Sequence record: SRR2962707_575
Strand: one strand, 5' to 3'
Length of the DNA: 64,000 nucleotides
A program made the translations under genes and the position numbers. Positions 1-11,364 of this stretch are shown piece after piece; the stretch's first letter is position 1, and every line of letters starts with the position of its first letter. Under the pieces are notes generated by a model. It was given only the letters and a program-made list of their open reading frames with translations, was not told where the DNA came from and did no database searches.

Positions 1-663
1 AATTGTAAAGAACGGCACATTGGCTTCGCCAGCAACAGAACGTGCAAGCAAGGTTTTACCTGTACCTGGAGGGCCAACGAGCAAACAGCCGCGTGGAATT
101 TTACCGCCAAGACGCTGGAACTTTTGCGGATCGCGCAGAAATTCCACAATTTCTTCTAGGTCCTGCTTGGCTTCATCAACACCAGCAACATCATCAAATG
201 TGATGCGGCCATGCGCTTCTGTCAAAAGTTTGGCTTTTGATTTGCCAAAGCCCATCGCTTTGGAGCCGCCACCTTGCATTTGGCGCATGAAGAAAATCCA
301 CACACCCAAAATGATGATCATAGGCAACCAAGAAAGCAAAATCGATGTCAGTGAGCCAGAACCATCGGTTTCCGGCTTCGCACGAATTTCAACGCCGCGC
401 GCCTCAAGACGAGACACAAGCTCGCTGTCGCCCGGTGAATAGGTCTGGAATGTCACATTAGTGTCGCCATAAGTGCCCACAATACGATCACCGCTAATGG
501 TAACAGATTTCACGCGGCCACTCGATACGTCCTGTAGAAACTGCGTATAAGACACGTCACGTGTTGCAGCCGTATCCGAAGAAGGCTGGAACATATTAAA
601 CAAAGCGATAAGCATTAGTGCGATAATCGCCCATAGCGCAAAATTGCGATAATTCGGGTTCAT
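1..663 (-). CDS. ftsH: ATP-dependent zinc metalloprotease FtsH, 5' part (runs off the left edge)
   Basis: Missing from the ORF track. Reading minus from ATG at 663 gives [26 protein letters not shown]...GFGKSKAK...FDDVAG...[18 protein letters not shown] (AAA Walker A). Follows tilS. Confidence 0.97.
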   Translation of the reverse strand, partial: MNPNYRNFALWAIIALMLIALFNMFQPSSDTAATRDVSYTQFLQDVSSGRVKSVTISGDRIVGTYGDTNVTFQTYSPGDSELVSRLEARGVEIRAKPETDGSGSLTSILLSWLPMIIILGVWIFFMRQMQGGGSKAMGFGKSKAKLLTEAHGRITFDDVAGVDEAKQDLEEIVEFLRDPQKFQRLGGKIPRGCLLVGPPGTGKTLLARSVAGEANVPFFTI

Positions 664-715
664 TATTTTTCCCAACTGGCGCCAAAACAGCGCATTTGAT
701 CTATGATTTAACGTA

Positions 716-744
716 AGATAGGTACCTGAAGCACCTTTGCCAAG
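716..744 (-). promoter_or_regulatory. Putative ftsH promoter (RpoH/RpoD type)
   Basis: Minus strand CTTGGC-N16-CCTATCT, similar to the rhizobial CTTGAA-N15/16-CCTATAT consensus. Confidence 0.55.
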
Positions 745-772
745 CGCTGTACCCAGAATTTCAACAAAATGG

Positions 773-1882
773 TCAACGCGCCGCACCAATAAATGGAATG
801 GCAGGCAAAATCGCCCCGTTGAGCCGTTCAAAAAGCGCTTTTGCCAAGGCAAGTTCTGTCTCAGGCACCAAATAATCAAAGCAAAATTGGCCAGTGCCGC
901 TGCTTCGACTTTCTTTAGCAATCAACATGCGGCCATTTTTGATGCTCAGCAAACAGCCATGCACCGTAAATTGCGAGCCGTTTCGCCCGCGGATGCAAAG
1001 ATCAATAATCGGATCAATCATATCGCGCGATGCAAAATGTTGCTTTTGTCCAACCCAGCACAGCAACGTCTGTAACGCCGGTTCAAACCCCGCCTCGCTG
1101 CGCGCCATGAGCGAAAGTGCTGCACTATGCTGCTCTAAATCCACATCCACCTGCGTTTTATCGCCAAGTAAAAGTGCGCCATGCGCCGCATGGACGCGCC
1201 GTTCGGCCTCAGCAGCCTTTTGAACACCCAGCAATTGATAACGCTCGCTGGCACTAAACACGCGATTGCGCATGCGCACACGCTCAAAAGCCTCATCGTC
1301 GTTAGAAGGATCATCGATCCAAGCAATTTTTTTGCCGCCAAGATAATCCCGCAATTCTTGCCGTTTCACGCCCATAAGGGGCCGTGCGAACCAGATGCTG
1401 CGATCATAAAGCGTGGCCCGCGATATACCAGCCAGCCCCCGCCCCTCAGAGCGCTGCGCCCGCATCGCGATCGTCTCAAGCTGATCATCCAGATTATGAC
1501 CGGTCAGAACAAGTGCCGCATCATTTTCATGCGCAGCTTCTGCCAATAGCCGATACCGCGCCTCACGCGCCGCCGCCTGCACGCCGGCCAGCGGCTGTTC
1601 AGCATTCCATTTCTTAGTGACATGCCAAATGCCAAGCTTGGCACAAAAATCAGCAACCCCTTGCGCTTCAACCGCCGCAGCAGCGCGCAATCCGTGATCG
1701 ACTGTCACCGCAACAAGGCGGCAATGGGGATAATGCGAACGAAAATATTCATGGGTCAGAACAAGCAACGCCATGCTGTCGCCGCCGCCAGAAACAGCGA
1801 TGATCACATTAGAATACGTGCCAAAATCAATATTCTCAAAGCCAGTCCAAAAATGCTGGCGGGATGTCTTCCCATCTAACAC
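773..1882 (-). CDS. tilS: tRNA(Ile)-lysidine synthetase
   Basis: PP-loop [28 protein letters not shown] motifs; cpoB-tilS-ftsH order. Confidence 0.95.
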   Translation of the reverse strand: MLDGKTSRQHFWTGFENIDFGTYSNVIIAVSGGGDSMALLVLTHEYFRSHYPHCRLVAVTVDHGLRAAAAVEAQGVADFCAKLGIWHVTKKWNAEQPLAGVQAAAREARYRLLAEAAHENDAALVLTGHNLDDQLETIAMRAQRSEGRGLAGISRATLYDRSIWFARPLMGVKRQELRDYLGGKKIAWIDDPSNDDEAFERVRMRNRVFSASERYQLLGVQKAAEAERRVHAAHGALLLGDKTQVDVDLEQHSAALSLMARSEAGFEPALQTLLCWVGQKQHFASRDMIDPIIDLCIRGRNGSQFTVHGCLLSIKNGRMLIAKESRSSGTGQFCFDYLVPETELALAKALFERLNGAILPAIPFIGAAR

Positions 1883-2733
1883 TTGGTTTTTTGGCGCTCA
1901 GCGCCAATGCTTTTGCGCAGCAAATCAGACATATTAAGCTGCGATTTGAGCGCATCATCAAATGTTGCACAGGCCACTTCACGGTTACCAAGCGCAGCCA
2001 TTATTGTGCCGATCTTTAACATGGTATCGGGCGCTTTTGCGGCATCAGGATATTTTGTGCGCACTTCAATATATTGATCGAGCGCTTCTTCAAAACGTCC
2101 CTGCGCCAATAGGCTTTCACCAAGCCAAAAGCGGGCGTCGGCTGCCAGTGGGTCGTCAGGATAGGTATCGACAAATTTCTTAAACACGTCCTCGGCAAAA
2201 CCATAGTCGCCTTCAAGCACATGGCTATAGCCGGTCTGATAAAGCTCTTCGGGGTTCAGCGCCCCGCCAAGGCTCGCAACTTGTGTGCCATCTATTGATT
2301 TTTCGACACTCTGTGCCGAAAAATCAATAGATGTACCAAGTACATCGCCACCTTCTGTCACGGTCATAGAGCCTAGATTGCGCGGAGGCGCACCAAGGCT
2401 CGGCGCCTCGGCGGCAGCAGTTTCACTCTGCTGCACACCAGGAACAACAACCGGATCGGCTGCGCCTTGTTTTTGAGGTTCAGCGGCAACAGGCATCGTC
2501 GCGCCTGGATCTTCCAACTGCTGTAAGCGATATTCTATGTCTTCCTGCTTTTTGCGCTGATCTTCCTGCAATTGCAAAAACTGAAAATTCAGTTCTTCAA
2601 TCTGGCCGTTAAGCTGACGCACCTGCTCTTCTAATTGCAAAATGCGCGGATCAGCGACCTGCGCAAAGGACACCGATGTCAGCGCCAAAAGCGCTAAAAC
2701 CGCCAATTTGAGTGAAAACAATACACGATACAT
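1876..2733 (-). CDS. cpoB: Tol-Pal protein CpoB/YbgF (coiled coil + TPR)
   Basis: Signal peptide, coiled coil LEEQVRQLNGQIEEL, TPR ARFWLGES...KAPDTMLK; start moved to ATG 2733, which has GGAGG upstream. Confidence 0.93.
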   Translation of the reverse strand: MYRVLFSLKLAVLALLALTSVSFAQVADPRILQLEEQVRQLNGQIEELNFQFLQLQEDQRKKQEDIEYRLQQLEDPGATMPVAAEPQKQGAADPVVVPGVQQSETAAAEAPSLGAPPRNLGSMTVTEGGDVLGTSIDFSAQSVEKSIDGTQVASLGGALNPEELYQTGYSHVLEGDYGFAEDVFKKFVDTYPDDPLAADARFWLGESLLAQGRFEEALDQYIEVRTKYPDAAKAPDTMLKIGTIMAALGNREVACATFDDALKSQLNMSDLLRKSIGAERQKTKC

Positions 2734-2824
2734 TTGTTCGGATACCTCCATCGATGTTGCGCGAGAAGCGCTATAATAGGTCTTGCAGTCAGGCAAAACT
2801 ATGGCCAACGGTCAAGTCAAAACC

Positions 2825-2850
2825 AAAAAAAAGCGGCCGAAGCCGCTTTT
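2825..2850 (-). terminator. Intrinsic terminator after pal
   Basis: AAAAGCGGC-CGAA-GCCGCTTTT hairpin with a U-tract on the minus strand. Confidence 0.85.
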
Positions 2851-2867
2851 CTGAAATCGCGAATTAA

Positions 2868-3377
2868 TTATGAACCGCTTGGGCCACCAAGATTGGTAAC
2901 TGCGCGGCGGTTCTGTGACCAACAAGAAATATCATCACAAACAGCCACTGGACGCTCTTTACCAAACGAAAGTGTTTTGATCCGGCTTTTCGCAATACCT
3001 TGGCTTACAAGGAAATCACGTGTTGCTGCTGCACGACGTGCGCCAAGCGCCAAGTTGTATTCGCGTGTGCCGCGTTCGTCGGCATGGCCTTCAACCGTGA
3101 TCGGGAAATTCGGATAACGAGCAAGCCATTGTGACTGACGTGCCAATGTCTGCTGCGCATCAGCGCGAATGATTGATGAATCCGTATCAAAGAAAATACG
3201 GTCGCCAACATTAACGGTGAAATCCTGCTGAGAACCAGCAACAGCGCCATTGGTTAGGCCAAGGTCACCAGCATTATTTGGCAACGGAGTTTTCTTCGCA
3301 CAGCCTGCAAGAGCAAGTGCTGTGAAAGCGACGAGAAGTAGTGTGCGTGCAGGACGCTGAGTTTGAGCCAGGCGCAT
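2868..3377 (-). CDS. pal: Peptidoglycan-associated lipoprotein Pal
   Basis: Lipobox LAGC; OmpA-like EGHADERGTREYNLALGARRA...QNRR. Confidence 0.97.
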   Translation of the reverse strand: MRLAQTQRPARTLLLVAFTALALAGCAKKTPLPNNAGDLGLTNGAVAGSQQDFTVNVGDRIFFDTDSSIIRADAQQTLARQSQWLARYPNFPITVEGHADERGTREYNLALGARRAAATRDFLVSQGIAKSRIKTLSFGKERPVAVCDDISCWSQNRRAVTNLGGPSGS

Positions 3378-3457
3378 GGCCTAATCCCTTCAATCTTATG
3401 AGTGTGAGTTACCACTTAATAACCCTATTTTCCTTAATCCCTTGCGAAGAAACAGGG

Positions 3458-3472
3458 TTAACAAGTGATTAG
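3458..3472. promoter_or_regulatory. CtrA-like box upstream of pal
   Basis: TTAA-CAAGTGA-TTAG, one mismatch to TTAA-N7-TTAA. Confidence 0.55.
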
Positions 3473-3547
3473 AGTTCGCAGTCTGCAGTCGCGCATAAAT
3501 GCGGCAACAAAGCGGCACACTTGTGTGGACCGCCCTAGTTAGCCAAC

Positions 3548-4933
3548 TTAATCGAGTAGTGGAGACCATGCTGGGTCAGAAGCAAATTGCGGCGTTGGAA
3601 TAAGCTGCTCATTGCGTCCGGTCAGATCAATCGAATAAAGCTGCGGACCAGCAGCGCCCGATGCCTGACGGAAGAACATGATGACACGGCCATTAGGCGC
3701 CCATGTTGGACCCTCATTGTGGAAGCCGGTTGTCAAAATGCGCTCGCCAGAACCATCAGGACGCATAACGCCGATTGAGAACTGACCGCCAGACTGTTTC
3801 GTAAACGCAATCAGATCCCCGCGCGGCGACCAAACCGGCGTAGAATAAGAGCCATTGCCGAACGAAATGCGCGTTGCATCGCCGCCAGATGCACTCATCA
3901 CATAGAGCTGCTGGCGACCACCACGGTCAGATTCAAACACGATTTTTGAACCATCGGGCGAATAAGAAGGCGATGTATCAATAGATGCCGAATTAGACAG
4001 ACGCGTTGTGTTGCGCGAACCCAAATCCATTGAATAAAGATTGGCGTTACCATCATCCTGCTGCAAGCTCATGATGACTTTAGACCCATCAGGCGAAAAG
4101 CGTGGGCTAAATGTCATGCCTGGAAAGTCTCCAACCAGTTCACGTTGGCCAGTTTCTAGCTGCAACAAATAAACCTTTGGCTGACCGCCAGCAAAATCCA
4201 TATAGGTGATTTCTTGGCGTGTTGGCGAAAAGCGCGGTGTCAAAACCAGATCGCCACCATTGGTCAAGTTGCGCATATTCGCGCCATCTTGGTCCATAAT
4301 AGATAGCTTTTTAACGCGCTGATTGCCCGGGCCAGATTCGCTCACGAACACGATGCGTGTATCAAAATAACCTTTTTCACCAGTCAAACGCTTATAGACA
4401 GCATCCGCAATAATGTGCGCCACGCGGCGCCAATTATCTGGCGCAGTGAAAAACTGCTCGCCGATCATCTGTTCACCAACAAAGGTATCCCACAGACGAT
4501 ATTCGGCTTTAAGGCGGCCACCTTCTTCGGTAACACGGCCCGTTACCAGCGCTTGCGCATTAATTACTTTCCAGTCTTCAAAGCGCGGTGTCGCATCTGG
4601 ATTTGAGATCTTCTCAATGAATGCACCTTTGTCGATCGGAGCGAAAAGACCCGAGCGGCGCAAATCTTCTTGCACCACCTGGCTGATCTTCGCACCAATG
4701 CCATCGCCGGAGATAAAGTCCGTCAATGCAATCGGCAAAGGCTCAATATTGCCTTTATTAATATCAATTTCGACCAAAGCGCGCGCTGGCATGATGAAGA
4801 TCGACAGCGTTGCGACGATGGTAAATACAGCCGCAATCGCCCGTTTCGGCATAAATTTGACCATAAAACTGTTCCTTTGTTGACCGGTGACGCTAGAGCG
4901 TTGGTCGTTCCTTATAGAGTTCAAATGTGTCAT
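3548..4933 (-). CDS. tolB: Tol-Pal beta-propeller protein TolB
   Basis: TolB N-domain and repeated (F/W/Y)SPDG propeller motifs; ATGA overlap with tolA stop; true start may be downstream. Confidence 0.96.
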   Translation of the reverse strand: MTHLNSIRNDQRSSVTGQQRNSFMVKFMPKRAIAAVFTIVATLSIFIMPARALVEIDINKGNIEPLPIALTDFISGDGIGAKISQVVQEDLRRSGLFAPIDKGAFIEKISNPDATPRFEDWKVINAQALVTGRVTEEGGRLKAEYRLWDTFVGEQMIGEQFFTAPDNWRRVAHIIADAVYKRLTGEKGYFDTRIVFVSESGPGNQRVKKLSIMDQDGANMRNLTNGGDLVLTPRFSPTRQEITYMDFAGGQPKVYLLQLETGQRELVGDFPGMTFSPRFSPDGSKVIMSLQQDDGNANLYSMDLGSRNTTRLSNSASIDTSPSYSPDGSKIVFESDRGGRQQLYVMSASGGDATRISFGNGSYSTPVWSPRGDLIAFTKQSGGQFSIGVMRPDGSGERILTTGFHNEGPTWAPNGRVIMFFRQASGAAGPQLYSIDLTGRNEQLIPTPQFASDPAWSPLLD

Positions 4934-6003
4934 TGAAACATCTCCGATGGATCAAAATTCACCACGACATCGCGCCAGCTATCATATTTATCTGGCGGCA
5001 ATTGGAAACCTTGAGCGCCGCAACGTGCCACGGCACGGATAGCGCTCTCATCCAATTGACGGTTTCCGGATGATTTTTGAATACTCGGACGGCCTTCAAT
5101 AGTAGCCGACTGTGATAATTGGAATTGCACTGAAACTTTAAGACCAACTTCGCCCTGCGCGCTCGCTGGAACGCTCCAACAGGCTTGAATTTGGCCGCGC
5201 AGCGAATCCATTTCGCTGGTAGTTAGTGTGTTACCGGTGGTGGATTTCTTACCGCCCGCCGATGCTTGTTGATTATTGGCTTTAGAGCCGCCACCCGAAC
5301 CAGCCTCACGGTTCAGCAGCGTTTCAACGCTTTCAGACTTTTCTTTTGTGGTCTCTTTTTGCGTCGCCGCAGATGCGGTATTGACGTTTTCTTCTTTTTT
5401 GCGCTCTGGCGTTTTGGCCGTTTGCGCAGGTTGGCGCTCAGGCCGTGCCGTTGGAATGGGGAGATCTTTTGGCAAAACTAAGCTTTCCGGCGCTTTTTCC
5501 GGCACGGGCGCAGCCTCAGGCTTAGTAATCAGTTCTTTGACCGGATCAACGGTAACTTCCTGCTTTGGCTCTGGTTTGGGCGCAATTTCAGTGGCTGGCG
5601 CAGTTTCTGGCGCAGGTTTTTCCTGAACAACTGGCTTTGGCTCTTTGCGCGGCGCAGGCGTTGGAACTGGCATTTCAACAGGGTCAGGCAGACGCGCCTC
5701 TTCAACCTGCGCAGCTTTCTGCGTTTCAGTTTCAGGTGTTGACTGATCTTTTTCTTTATTGCCGACATTCACCGCTTCTGGACGAGGCTTTGGCGGCGTT
5801 GTCGGTGCTTCGGCAGCAGGGCCATCTTTGGGTGCTTTTTCTGCACCCTTTTGAACCTGCGTCAATTCTTCAATCGACACTAATTCAATTGGCAATGCTT
5901 CAACATCTTCCACGTCAAACTTGTCCGGCGTCCCAAGGGACACCAGAAGCCAGCCCAATAAAAGGCCGTGAAGTGCGGTAGATGTGAGTAAGCCTGCGCG
6001 CAT
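4930..6003 (-). CDS. tolA: TolA (TM anchor, Pro/Glu/Lys-rich linker, TonB_C-like domain)
   Basis: N-terminal STALH (SxxLH) helix; C-terminal IQACW...ESAIRAV...C; lies between tolR and tolB. Confidence 0.9.
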   Translation of the reverse strand: MRAGLLTSTALHGLLLGWLLVSLGTPDKFDVEDVEALPIELVSIEELTQVQKGAEKAPKDGPAAEAPTTPPKPRPEAVNVGNKEKDQSTPETETQKAAQVEEARLPDPVEMPVPTPAPRKEPKPVVQEKPAPETAPATEIAPKPEPKQEVTVDPVKELITKPEAAPVPEKAPESLVLPKDLPIPTARPERQPAQTAKTPERKKEENVNTASAATQKETTKEKSESVETLLNREAGSGGGSKANNQQASAGGKKSTTGNTLTTSEMDSLRGQIQACWSVPASAQGEVGLKVSVQFQLSQSATIEGRPSIQKSSGNRQLDESAIRAVARCGAQGFQLPPDKYDSWRDVVVNFDPSEMFQ

Positions 6004-6009
6004 GGGAAA

Positions 6010-6456
6010 CTACCCGTCGCTTTCCTGAAGCGTCACCAAGCCTAGATTCTTAAATCCAGCCTGATTGATGCGGCCCATAACTTTCATAATCGTGCCGTAA
6101 TCAGCGCCCTGATCGCCGCGAATATAAATGCGTTCTTCATAGCCAGTTTGGGCAATCGCTTCGAGTTTAGGAACGATTTCCTCAAGTGGCACAAGCGTTT
6201 CTTGCAAATACACTTCTCCATCCGCATTCACCGAAATTGTGATCGGCTGCGTATCAGAGTTGAGCGATTTGGCCTGTGTTTCGGGCAAATCAATAGGAAC
6301 GCCCACTGTCAGAAGCGGCGCAGCGACCATAAAGATGATCAAAAGCACAAGCATCACATCGACAAAGGGTGTCACATTGATTTCGGCAATCGGGCGCGCC
6401 TGTTGTGGGCGGCGATTGCGCTTACGGCGTGACACATATCCTTGAGAACCAGCCAT
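6010..6456 (-). CDS. tolR: TolR
   Basis: EINVTPFVDVMLVLLIIFMV signature. Confidence 0.96.
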   Translation of the reverse strand: MAGSQGYVSRRKRNRRPQQARPIAEINVTPFVDVMLVLLIIFMVAAPLLTVGVPIDLPETQAKSLNSDTQPITISVNADGEVYLQETLVPLEEIVPKLEAIAQTGYEERIYIRGDQGADYGTIMKVMGRINQAGFKNLGLVTLQESDG

Positions 6457-6461
6457 ATAAA

Positions 6462-7187
6462 TTACTCCGCCGTTTGGCGTGGTTGTGTATTGGCGCGCTC
6501 ATCAATCTGGCGCGATAGGATACCGGAAAATTCATCGGCAAATGCTTCAAGGCGCGAACCAATTTTGCCCGCGTCCTGTGTCAATTTATTATAGGCAACA
6601 AGCGCTGGAATAGCGGCAAGAAGACCAATCGCTGTCGCCATCAAAGCTTCGGCGATACCGGGCGCTACAACCGCCAAATTGGTTGAGTTGGAACCAGCAA
6701 TCGCTTGGAACGAGGTCATGATACCAACAACCGTACCAAACAGGCCGACATAAACTGAAACAGAGCCAACCGACGCTAGAAAGCCCAAACGGCTTTCCAA
6801 ACGGTCCATCTCACGCACCAGCGCGACATCCATTGAGCGGTCAATACGGCTTTGCAGGCCAATGGGTGAGCGCGCACCGCGTTCATAGGATTTTTTCCAT
6901 TCGCGCATCGCTGCCACGAAGAGCGAAGCCATGCCTGTCGTTTTACGGTCCGCCAAGGTCCGGTATAATTCTTCAAGCGATTGGCCAGACCAGAAATTTT
7001 CTTCAAAGCGATCAAGCTGGGTTCGCACACGCTTATAAGCAACGCTTTTGTCGATCATAATCGCCCATGTCCAAATGGACGCGGACAAAAGTCCGATCAT
7101 GACCAACTTAACGATCCAGCTTGCCTGTAAAAACAAGCCTAAAATTGAAACATCATGCGCAGGAGCGGCCAGTGCTAATTGTTCCAT
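6462..7187 (-). CDS. tolQ: TolQ
   Basis: VGLFGTVVGIM, VAPGIAEALMATAIGL motifs; ATG 7187 preferred over TTG 7196. Confidence 0.96.
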   Translation of the reverse strand: MEQLALAAPAHDVSILGLFLQASWIVKLVMIGLLSASIWTWAIMIDKSVAYKRVRTQLDRFEENFWSGQSLEELYRTLADRKTTGMASLFVAAMREWKKSYERGARSPIGLQSRIDRSMDVALVREMDRLESRLGFLASVGSVSVYVGLFGTVVGIMTSFQAIAGSNSTNLAVVAPGIAEALMATAIGLLAAIPALVAYNKLTQDAGKIGSRLEAFADEFSGILSRQIDERANTQPRQTAE

Positions 7188-7368
7188 ATTTTCCAAGTCC
7201 CTCGAATCCGAACGCCCGGCGTTGTACCGGGCGGGCTAATTTGCGCGCGCTGTTGCATTTGTTTTGCTGCTCTATGCAACTCTACCCCACGCATCAGGCA
7301 CAATTTGGGTTAAACAATGGCACAGTTGTGACATTGTCCTAATTAGAACCATTCATATTATGTTATCC

Positions 7369-7383
7369 TTAATGAACTGTTAG
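7369..7383. promoter_or_regulatory. CtrA-like box upstream of tolQ
   Basis: TTAA-TGAACTG-TTAG. Confidence 0.5.
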
Positions 7384-7388
7384 GATTC

Positions 7389-7865
7389 TTAATCCTTATC
7401 GACAAGCGCCTCAAACGCCTGTTTCCATTGGCTTGGAAAGCGCCGCGGCTTGCCGGCCGCATTGATAAGGGCCGCAGTCACCCCCGCATCAATCAACACT
7501 TCATCACCGCGATAAATTTTTTGCGCCATCTTTACGCGCGCGCCGCCAACAAATGTAATGCGCGTTTTAATGCGCAAAACATCATCAATGCGCGCGCTCG
7601 CATCAAATTCAATCTCCATACGCCGCACCACCCAATAAAGTGGACCGCCCTCTCCGCTTAAAAGTTCTGTGTGATGCACGCCGATACAGCGCAGAAAATC
7701 TGACCGACCGCGCTCCAAAAATTCCAAATAGCGTCCATGATAAACAGCGCCGGAAAAATCCGTGTCGGCAAAATAGACTCGAGCGATCAATTCATGCACA
7801 TTCCCGACAATGCGGCCCGCAAGCGCCACGTCTTCATGCGGTTTACCAGTTTTAGAATTTGTCAT
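7389..7865 (-). CDS. ybgC: YbgC family acyl-CoA thioesterase
   Basis: RVYFADTDFSGAVYHGRYLEFLERGR hot-dog motif; upstream of tolQ. Confidence 0.92.
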   Translation of the reverse strand: MTNSKTGKPHEDVALAGRIVGNVHELIARVYFADTDFSGAVYHGRYLEFLERGRSDFLRCIGVHHTELLSGEGGPLYWVVRRMEIEFDASARIDDVLRIKTRITFVGGARVKMAQKIYRGDEVLIDAGVTAALINAAGKPRRFPSQWKQAFEALVDKD

Positions 7866-7899
7866 GACCAAGCTCAATTTCTTATGCTAATATTTTGAC

Positions 7900-9153
7900 A
7901 TGAATGCATTCAAACTCACCTCCATTGCAAGGCTTGCGCTTGCATTTGCACTTTGTGCTTTTGCCTCAACGGGGTTTGCCGCCACGTTTCAGGTAAAGCG
8001 TTCCATCTCTATGGACCAATGGGTCACTTGGCCAGGACCGGAAACTTGGGATGCGGGCGCAAGCGCCGAGAACTTTCCTGAATGGCAGAAATTTACGTCC
8101 GACAAAGACTTAGCAGAACTTAAATCGCTCGGGCTATCCAGCGTGCGTCTGCCGATTGATCCAGCCGTCTTGTTGCATTCCGACGATGCTGATTATCAGG
8201 CCCGCGTGATGCAGGGCGTTCACCGCGCCATTGAACGCCTTAGAAATGCCGGACTTGATGTTATCGTTGATATGCACACAATTCCCTATGGCGCAGACAC
8301 TACGGCCATCGGCGTTGTTAAAATTCTCGATGATGATTTCACCTTCGTGCGCTATCTGACCATGCTGGAAAAAATGGCCCGTGAACTCAAAAAATATAGC
8401 CCGAGTAATGTTGCGCTCGAAGTCATCAATGAGCCGCTCTATGGCTGTGGTCGGCGTGACATTTTAAAACTTTGGCATGCCCAGTTGCAGCAATTGCACA
8501 GCGCCGCGCGCGCGAACAATCAAGACATCACTTTGGTTTTGCCCGGTGCCTGTTATGCCTCTGCCGATGGGTTGGCTAAAATTGACCCCCGCATTTTCAA
8601 AGACAAAAACATTTTGTGGACCTTCCACTCCTATGAGCCGTTTATTTTGACCCACCAAGGAGCCGATTGGGTTGGCAAGCCGGTCAGCGAATTTCAAAAC
8701 CTGCCCTATCCGCCTTCGTTGCTTGACCCCACGACCGTCAAAGAAATGCCTGAGCGCAATGCGCCCTATATGAGCAAAGAACTGAGCGGCAAAACCCGCT
8801 CTGATGCTGGCTGGTATATCCGCAATGAATTTGAAAAAATGGGCACAACTCGGCGCTTGGAAAATTTTCTCGCTGAACCGTTTAAGACCGCCGCGAAATG
8901 GGCCGATAAATATAATATCGACCACAATGACATTTTTCTGGGCGAATTTGGCTTCATCGCCACAGAATACGGCAAATCAATCGGTACGGACCCCGCATGG
9001 CGCATTGCCTATATTAAAGACATGATTGGCTTAGCTGAAAAAAATGGCTTTGGCTGGTCGCTATGGTCTTATGGCGGTGCCTTCGGCATGGTTCAGGAAT
9101 TTGGCGGCGAGAAACGCCCCACCAATTTAATTAAGCTATTAGACCTCAAATAG
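7900..9153 (+). CDS. Secreted glycoside hydrolase family 5
   Basis: Signal peptide; VRLP, DMH, NEP (acid/base), HSY, GEFG (nucleophile). Confidence 0.88.
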   Translation: MNAFKLTSIARLALAFALCAFASTGFAATFQVKRSISMDQWVTWPGPETWDAGASAENFPEWQKFTSDKDLAELKSLGLSSVRLPIDPAVLLHSDDADYQARVMQGVHRAIERLRNAGLDVIVDMHTIPYGADTTAIGVVKILDDDFTFVRYLTMLEKMARELKKYSPSNVALEVINEPLYGCGRRDILKLWHAQLQQLHSAARANNQDITLVLPGACYASADGLAKIDPRIFKDKNILWTFHSYEPFILTHQGADWVGKPVSEFQNLPYPPSLLDPTTVKEMPERNAPYMSKELSGKTRSDAGWYIRNEFEKMGTTRRLENFLAEPFKTAAKWADKYNIDHNDIFLGEFGFIATEYGKSIGTDPAWRIAYIKDMIGLAEKNGFGWSLWSYGGAFGMVQEFGGEKRPTNLIKLLDLK

Positions 9154-9154
9154 G

Positions 9155-10198
9155 CTAGTTATCCGCATCATCGTCAAACAACACAGCCTGAACCGAGGCC
9201 ATATCTGTTGGTGCATTTAGGCCCATATGGTCCCAAGCACGTGGGGTCATCACCCGCCCGCGCGGAGTGCGGTGAATAAAGCCCTGCTGAATGAGATAAG
9301 GCTCAATAATATCTTCAATCGCATCGCGCGGTTCAGACAAGGCCGCCGCGATGGTTTCAATACCCACCGGTCCGCCATTAAAATGGCGCGCAATATGATT
9401 GAGATAGCGCCGGTCGAGCGAATCCAGCCCGATGGAATCAACTTCCAAACGAGACAGCGCCTCATCGGCGATCTGGCGTGTCACCGTGCCTGATTTGGCT
9501 ACATCAGCAAAATCACGCACACGGCGCAGCAACCGGCCCGCAATACGCGGTGTGCCGCGCGAGCGCCGCGCAATTTCCATCGCGCCTTCATCATCAATAT
9601 TAAGGCCCATAATCCGCGCACCGCGCCGCACGATTTTTTCCAGCTCTTCAGGTGTATAAAATTCAAGCCGCACGGGAATGCCAAACCTGTCACGCAAAGG
9701 CGTGGTTAAAAGCCCAAGGCGCGTTGTCGCCGCCACAAGCGTAAATTTCGCCAGATCGATTTTGACAGACCGCGCTGCCGGTCCCTCGCCAATAATCAAA
9801 TCAAGCTGATAATCTTCCATCGCCGGATAAAGAATTTCTTCCACCGCCGGATTAAGCCGGTGTATCTCGTCGATAAACAACACATCGCGGTCTTCAAGAT
9901 TGGTAAGCAGCGCAGCAAGATCGCCCGCTTTGGCAATCACCGGACCCGACGTTGAACGGAAATTAACGCCCAGTTCCTTAGCCATAATCTGCGCCAAGGT
10001 GGTTTTTCCCAAACCGGGCGGGCCAAAAAACAACACATGGTCGAGCGCTTCGCCGCGGTTTTTCGCCGCTTCAATAAATACTTTTAAATTGGCGCGCGCT
10101 GAAGCCTGACCGGTAAAATCATCCAGCGTTTGCGGGCGCAAAGAACTGTCAAAGTCCTCGCCTGTTTTTTCGGCATCGATGAGACGCTGATCATTCAT
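9155..10198 (-). CDS. ruvB: Holliday junction helicase RuvB
   Basis: [24 protein letters not shown]. Confidence 0.98.
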   Translation of the reverse strand: MNDQRLIDAEKTGEDFDSSLRPQTLDDFTGQASARANLKVFIEAAKNRGEALDHVLFFGPPGLGKTTLAQIMAKELGVNFRSTSGPVIAKAGDLAALLTNLEDRDVLFIDEIHRLNPAVEEILYPAMEDYQLDLIIGEGPAARSVKIDLAKFTLVAATTRLGLLTTPLRDRFGIPVRLEFYTPEELEKIVRRGARIMGLNIDDEGAMEIARRSRGTPRIAGRLLRRVRDFADVAKSGTVTRQIADEALSRLEVDSIGLDSLDRRYLNHIARHFNGGPVGIETIAAALSEPRDAIEDIIEPYLIQQGFIHRTPRGRVMTPRAWDHMGLNAPTDMASVQAVLFDDDADN

Positions 10199-10809
10199 TT
10201 AGACAATTCCTTCAGCCCCAAGCGAATGAGTTTTGAGCTATCGGCATCCTCGCCCGCTTCACGTATCGCTGCGCTGACCGCATTGGCCGCCTGTTCGCGG
10301 CTATAGCCAAGATTTGACAGCGCCGAAACCGCATCAGTGACTGCGCTTGAGGCAACGCCTTCGCCAAGCTCTTGTTTAAGACCCATCGTGCCCGTCGTAT
10401 CGCCCGCAAAGGCTGGCACTTTGTTTTTCAATTCAGCAACAATGCGCTGCGCCACTTTAGGCCCAATGCCCGGTGCGCGCGCAACCATCACCTTGTCCTG
10501 CAGCGCAATCGCATTGGCCAAATCAGATGGTGTCAGCGTTGATAAAACCGCCAGCGCCACCTTAGCGCCAACGCCCTGCACACTTTGCAAAAGACGGAAC
10601 CAATCACGCTCAAGCGGCGTGATAAAGCCGAATAATTTAAGCTGGTCTTCGCGCACATAGGTCTCGATATAAAGCACGGCAGCTTCACCCACATTCATTT
10701 TAGCGAGCGTCCGCGATGAGCAAAACGCAACATAGCCGACACCGTGCACATCTACGATCACATGGTCATCGCCAAACTCGTCAATCGTGCCTTTAAGTTT
10801 GCCAATCAT
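10195..10809 (-). CDS. ruvA: Holliday junction binding protein RuvA
   Basis: MIGKLKG start at 10809, HhH VQGVGAK / PGIGPK, C-terminal ALSNLGY. Confidence 0.97.
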   Translation of the reverse strand: MIGKLKGTIDEFGDDHVIVDVHGVGYVAFCSSRTLAKMNVGEAAVLYIETYVREDQLKLFGFITPLERDWFRLLQSVQGVGAKVALAVLSTLTPSDLANAIALQDKVMVARAPGIGPKVAQRIVAELKNKVPAFAGDTTGTMGLKQELGEGVASSAVTDAVSALSNLGYSREQAANAVSAAIREAGEDADSSKLIRLGLKELSK

Positions 10810-11318
10810 GCTGTCGCCAATCTTTTTTCCAATGCCCGCGAAACACGCATATGGGCATGGCAAATAGCAATCGCCAAGGCATCGGCCGCATGTTCTGAGT
10901 TAAATTCTGCTCGGGGCATCAACACTTTGACCATCATCGCAATTTGATGCTTGTCGCCGTGGCCCACACCAATCACTGATTTTTTCACCTGATTGGGCGC
11001 ATATTCTTCCACCAGCAATCCGGCCAAAGCCGGCACCAGCATAGCAATGCCGCGCGCTTGGCCCAGCTTCAACGTTGATGCGCCATTATTGTTCACAAAG
11101 GTATTTTCCACCGCCGCTTCATGGGGCATATGCTGATGCAGCACGGTCGACAACCCTTCGTGGAGCTGACACAGCCGCGAGGCTAGGTCACATTTAGGAT
11201 CAGATGTCACAGTGCCAGAGGCGACAAAACGCAAAGAATTGCCAAGCGTTTCAATAACGCCCCAGCCCGTGCGCTGCAGGCCCGGATCAATACCTATAAT
11301 ACGAATCGCTTGTGACAT
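10806..11318 (-). CDS. ruvC: Crossover junction endodeoxyribonuclease RuvC
   Basis: [23 protein letters not shown]. Confidence 0.97.
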   Translation of the reverse strand: MSQAIRIIGIDPGLQRTGWGVIETLGNSLRFVASGTVTSDPKCDLASRLCQLHEGLSTVLHQHMPHEAAVENTFVNNNGASTLKLGQARGIAMLVPALAGLLVEEYAPNQVKKSVIGVGHGDKHQIAMMVKVLMPRAEFNSEHAADALAIAICHAHMRVSRALEKRLATA

Positions 11319-11364
11319 TGCTGTCCCCTATTTCCATCACCATAGATGAATATAAAACGAATGT

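Noticed and set aside
20-442. 140-aa plus-strand ORF
   Set aside because: Antisense shadow of ftsH, which is the real gene on the minus strand
5266-5981. Several overlapping ORFs and quasi-repeats within tolA
   Set aside because: By-product of the low-complexity Pro/Glu/Lys/Ala linker; not a DNA repeat array
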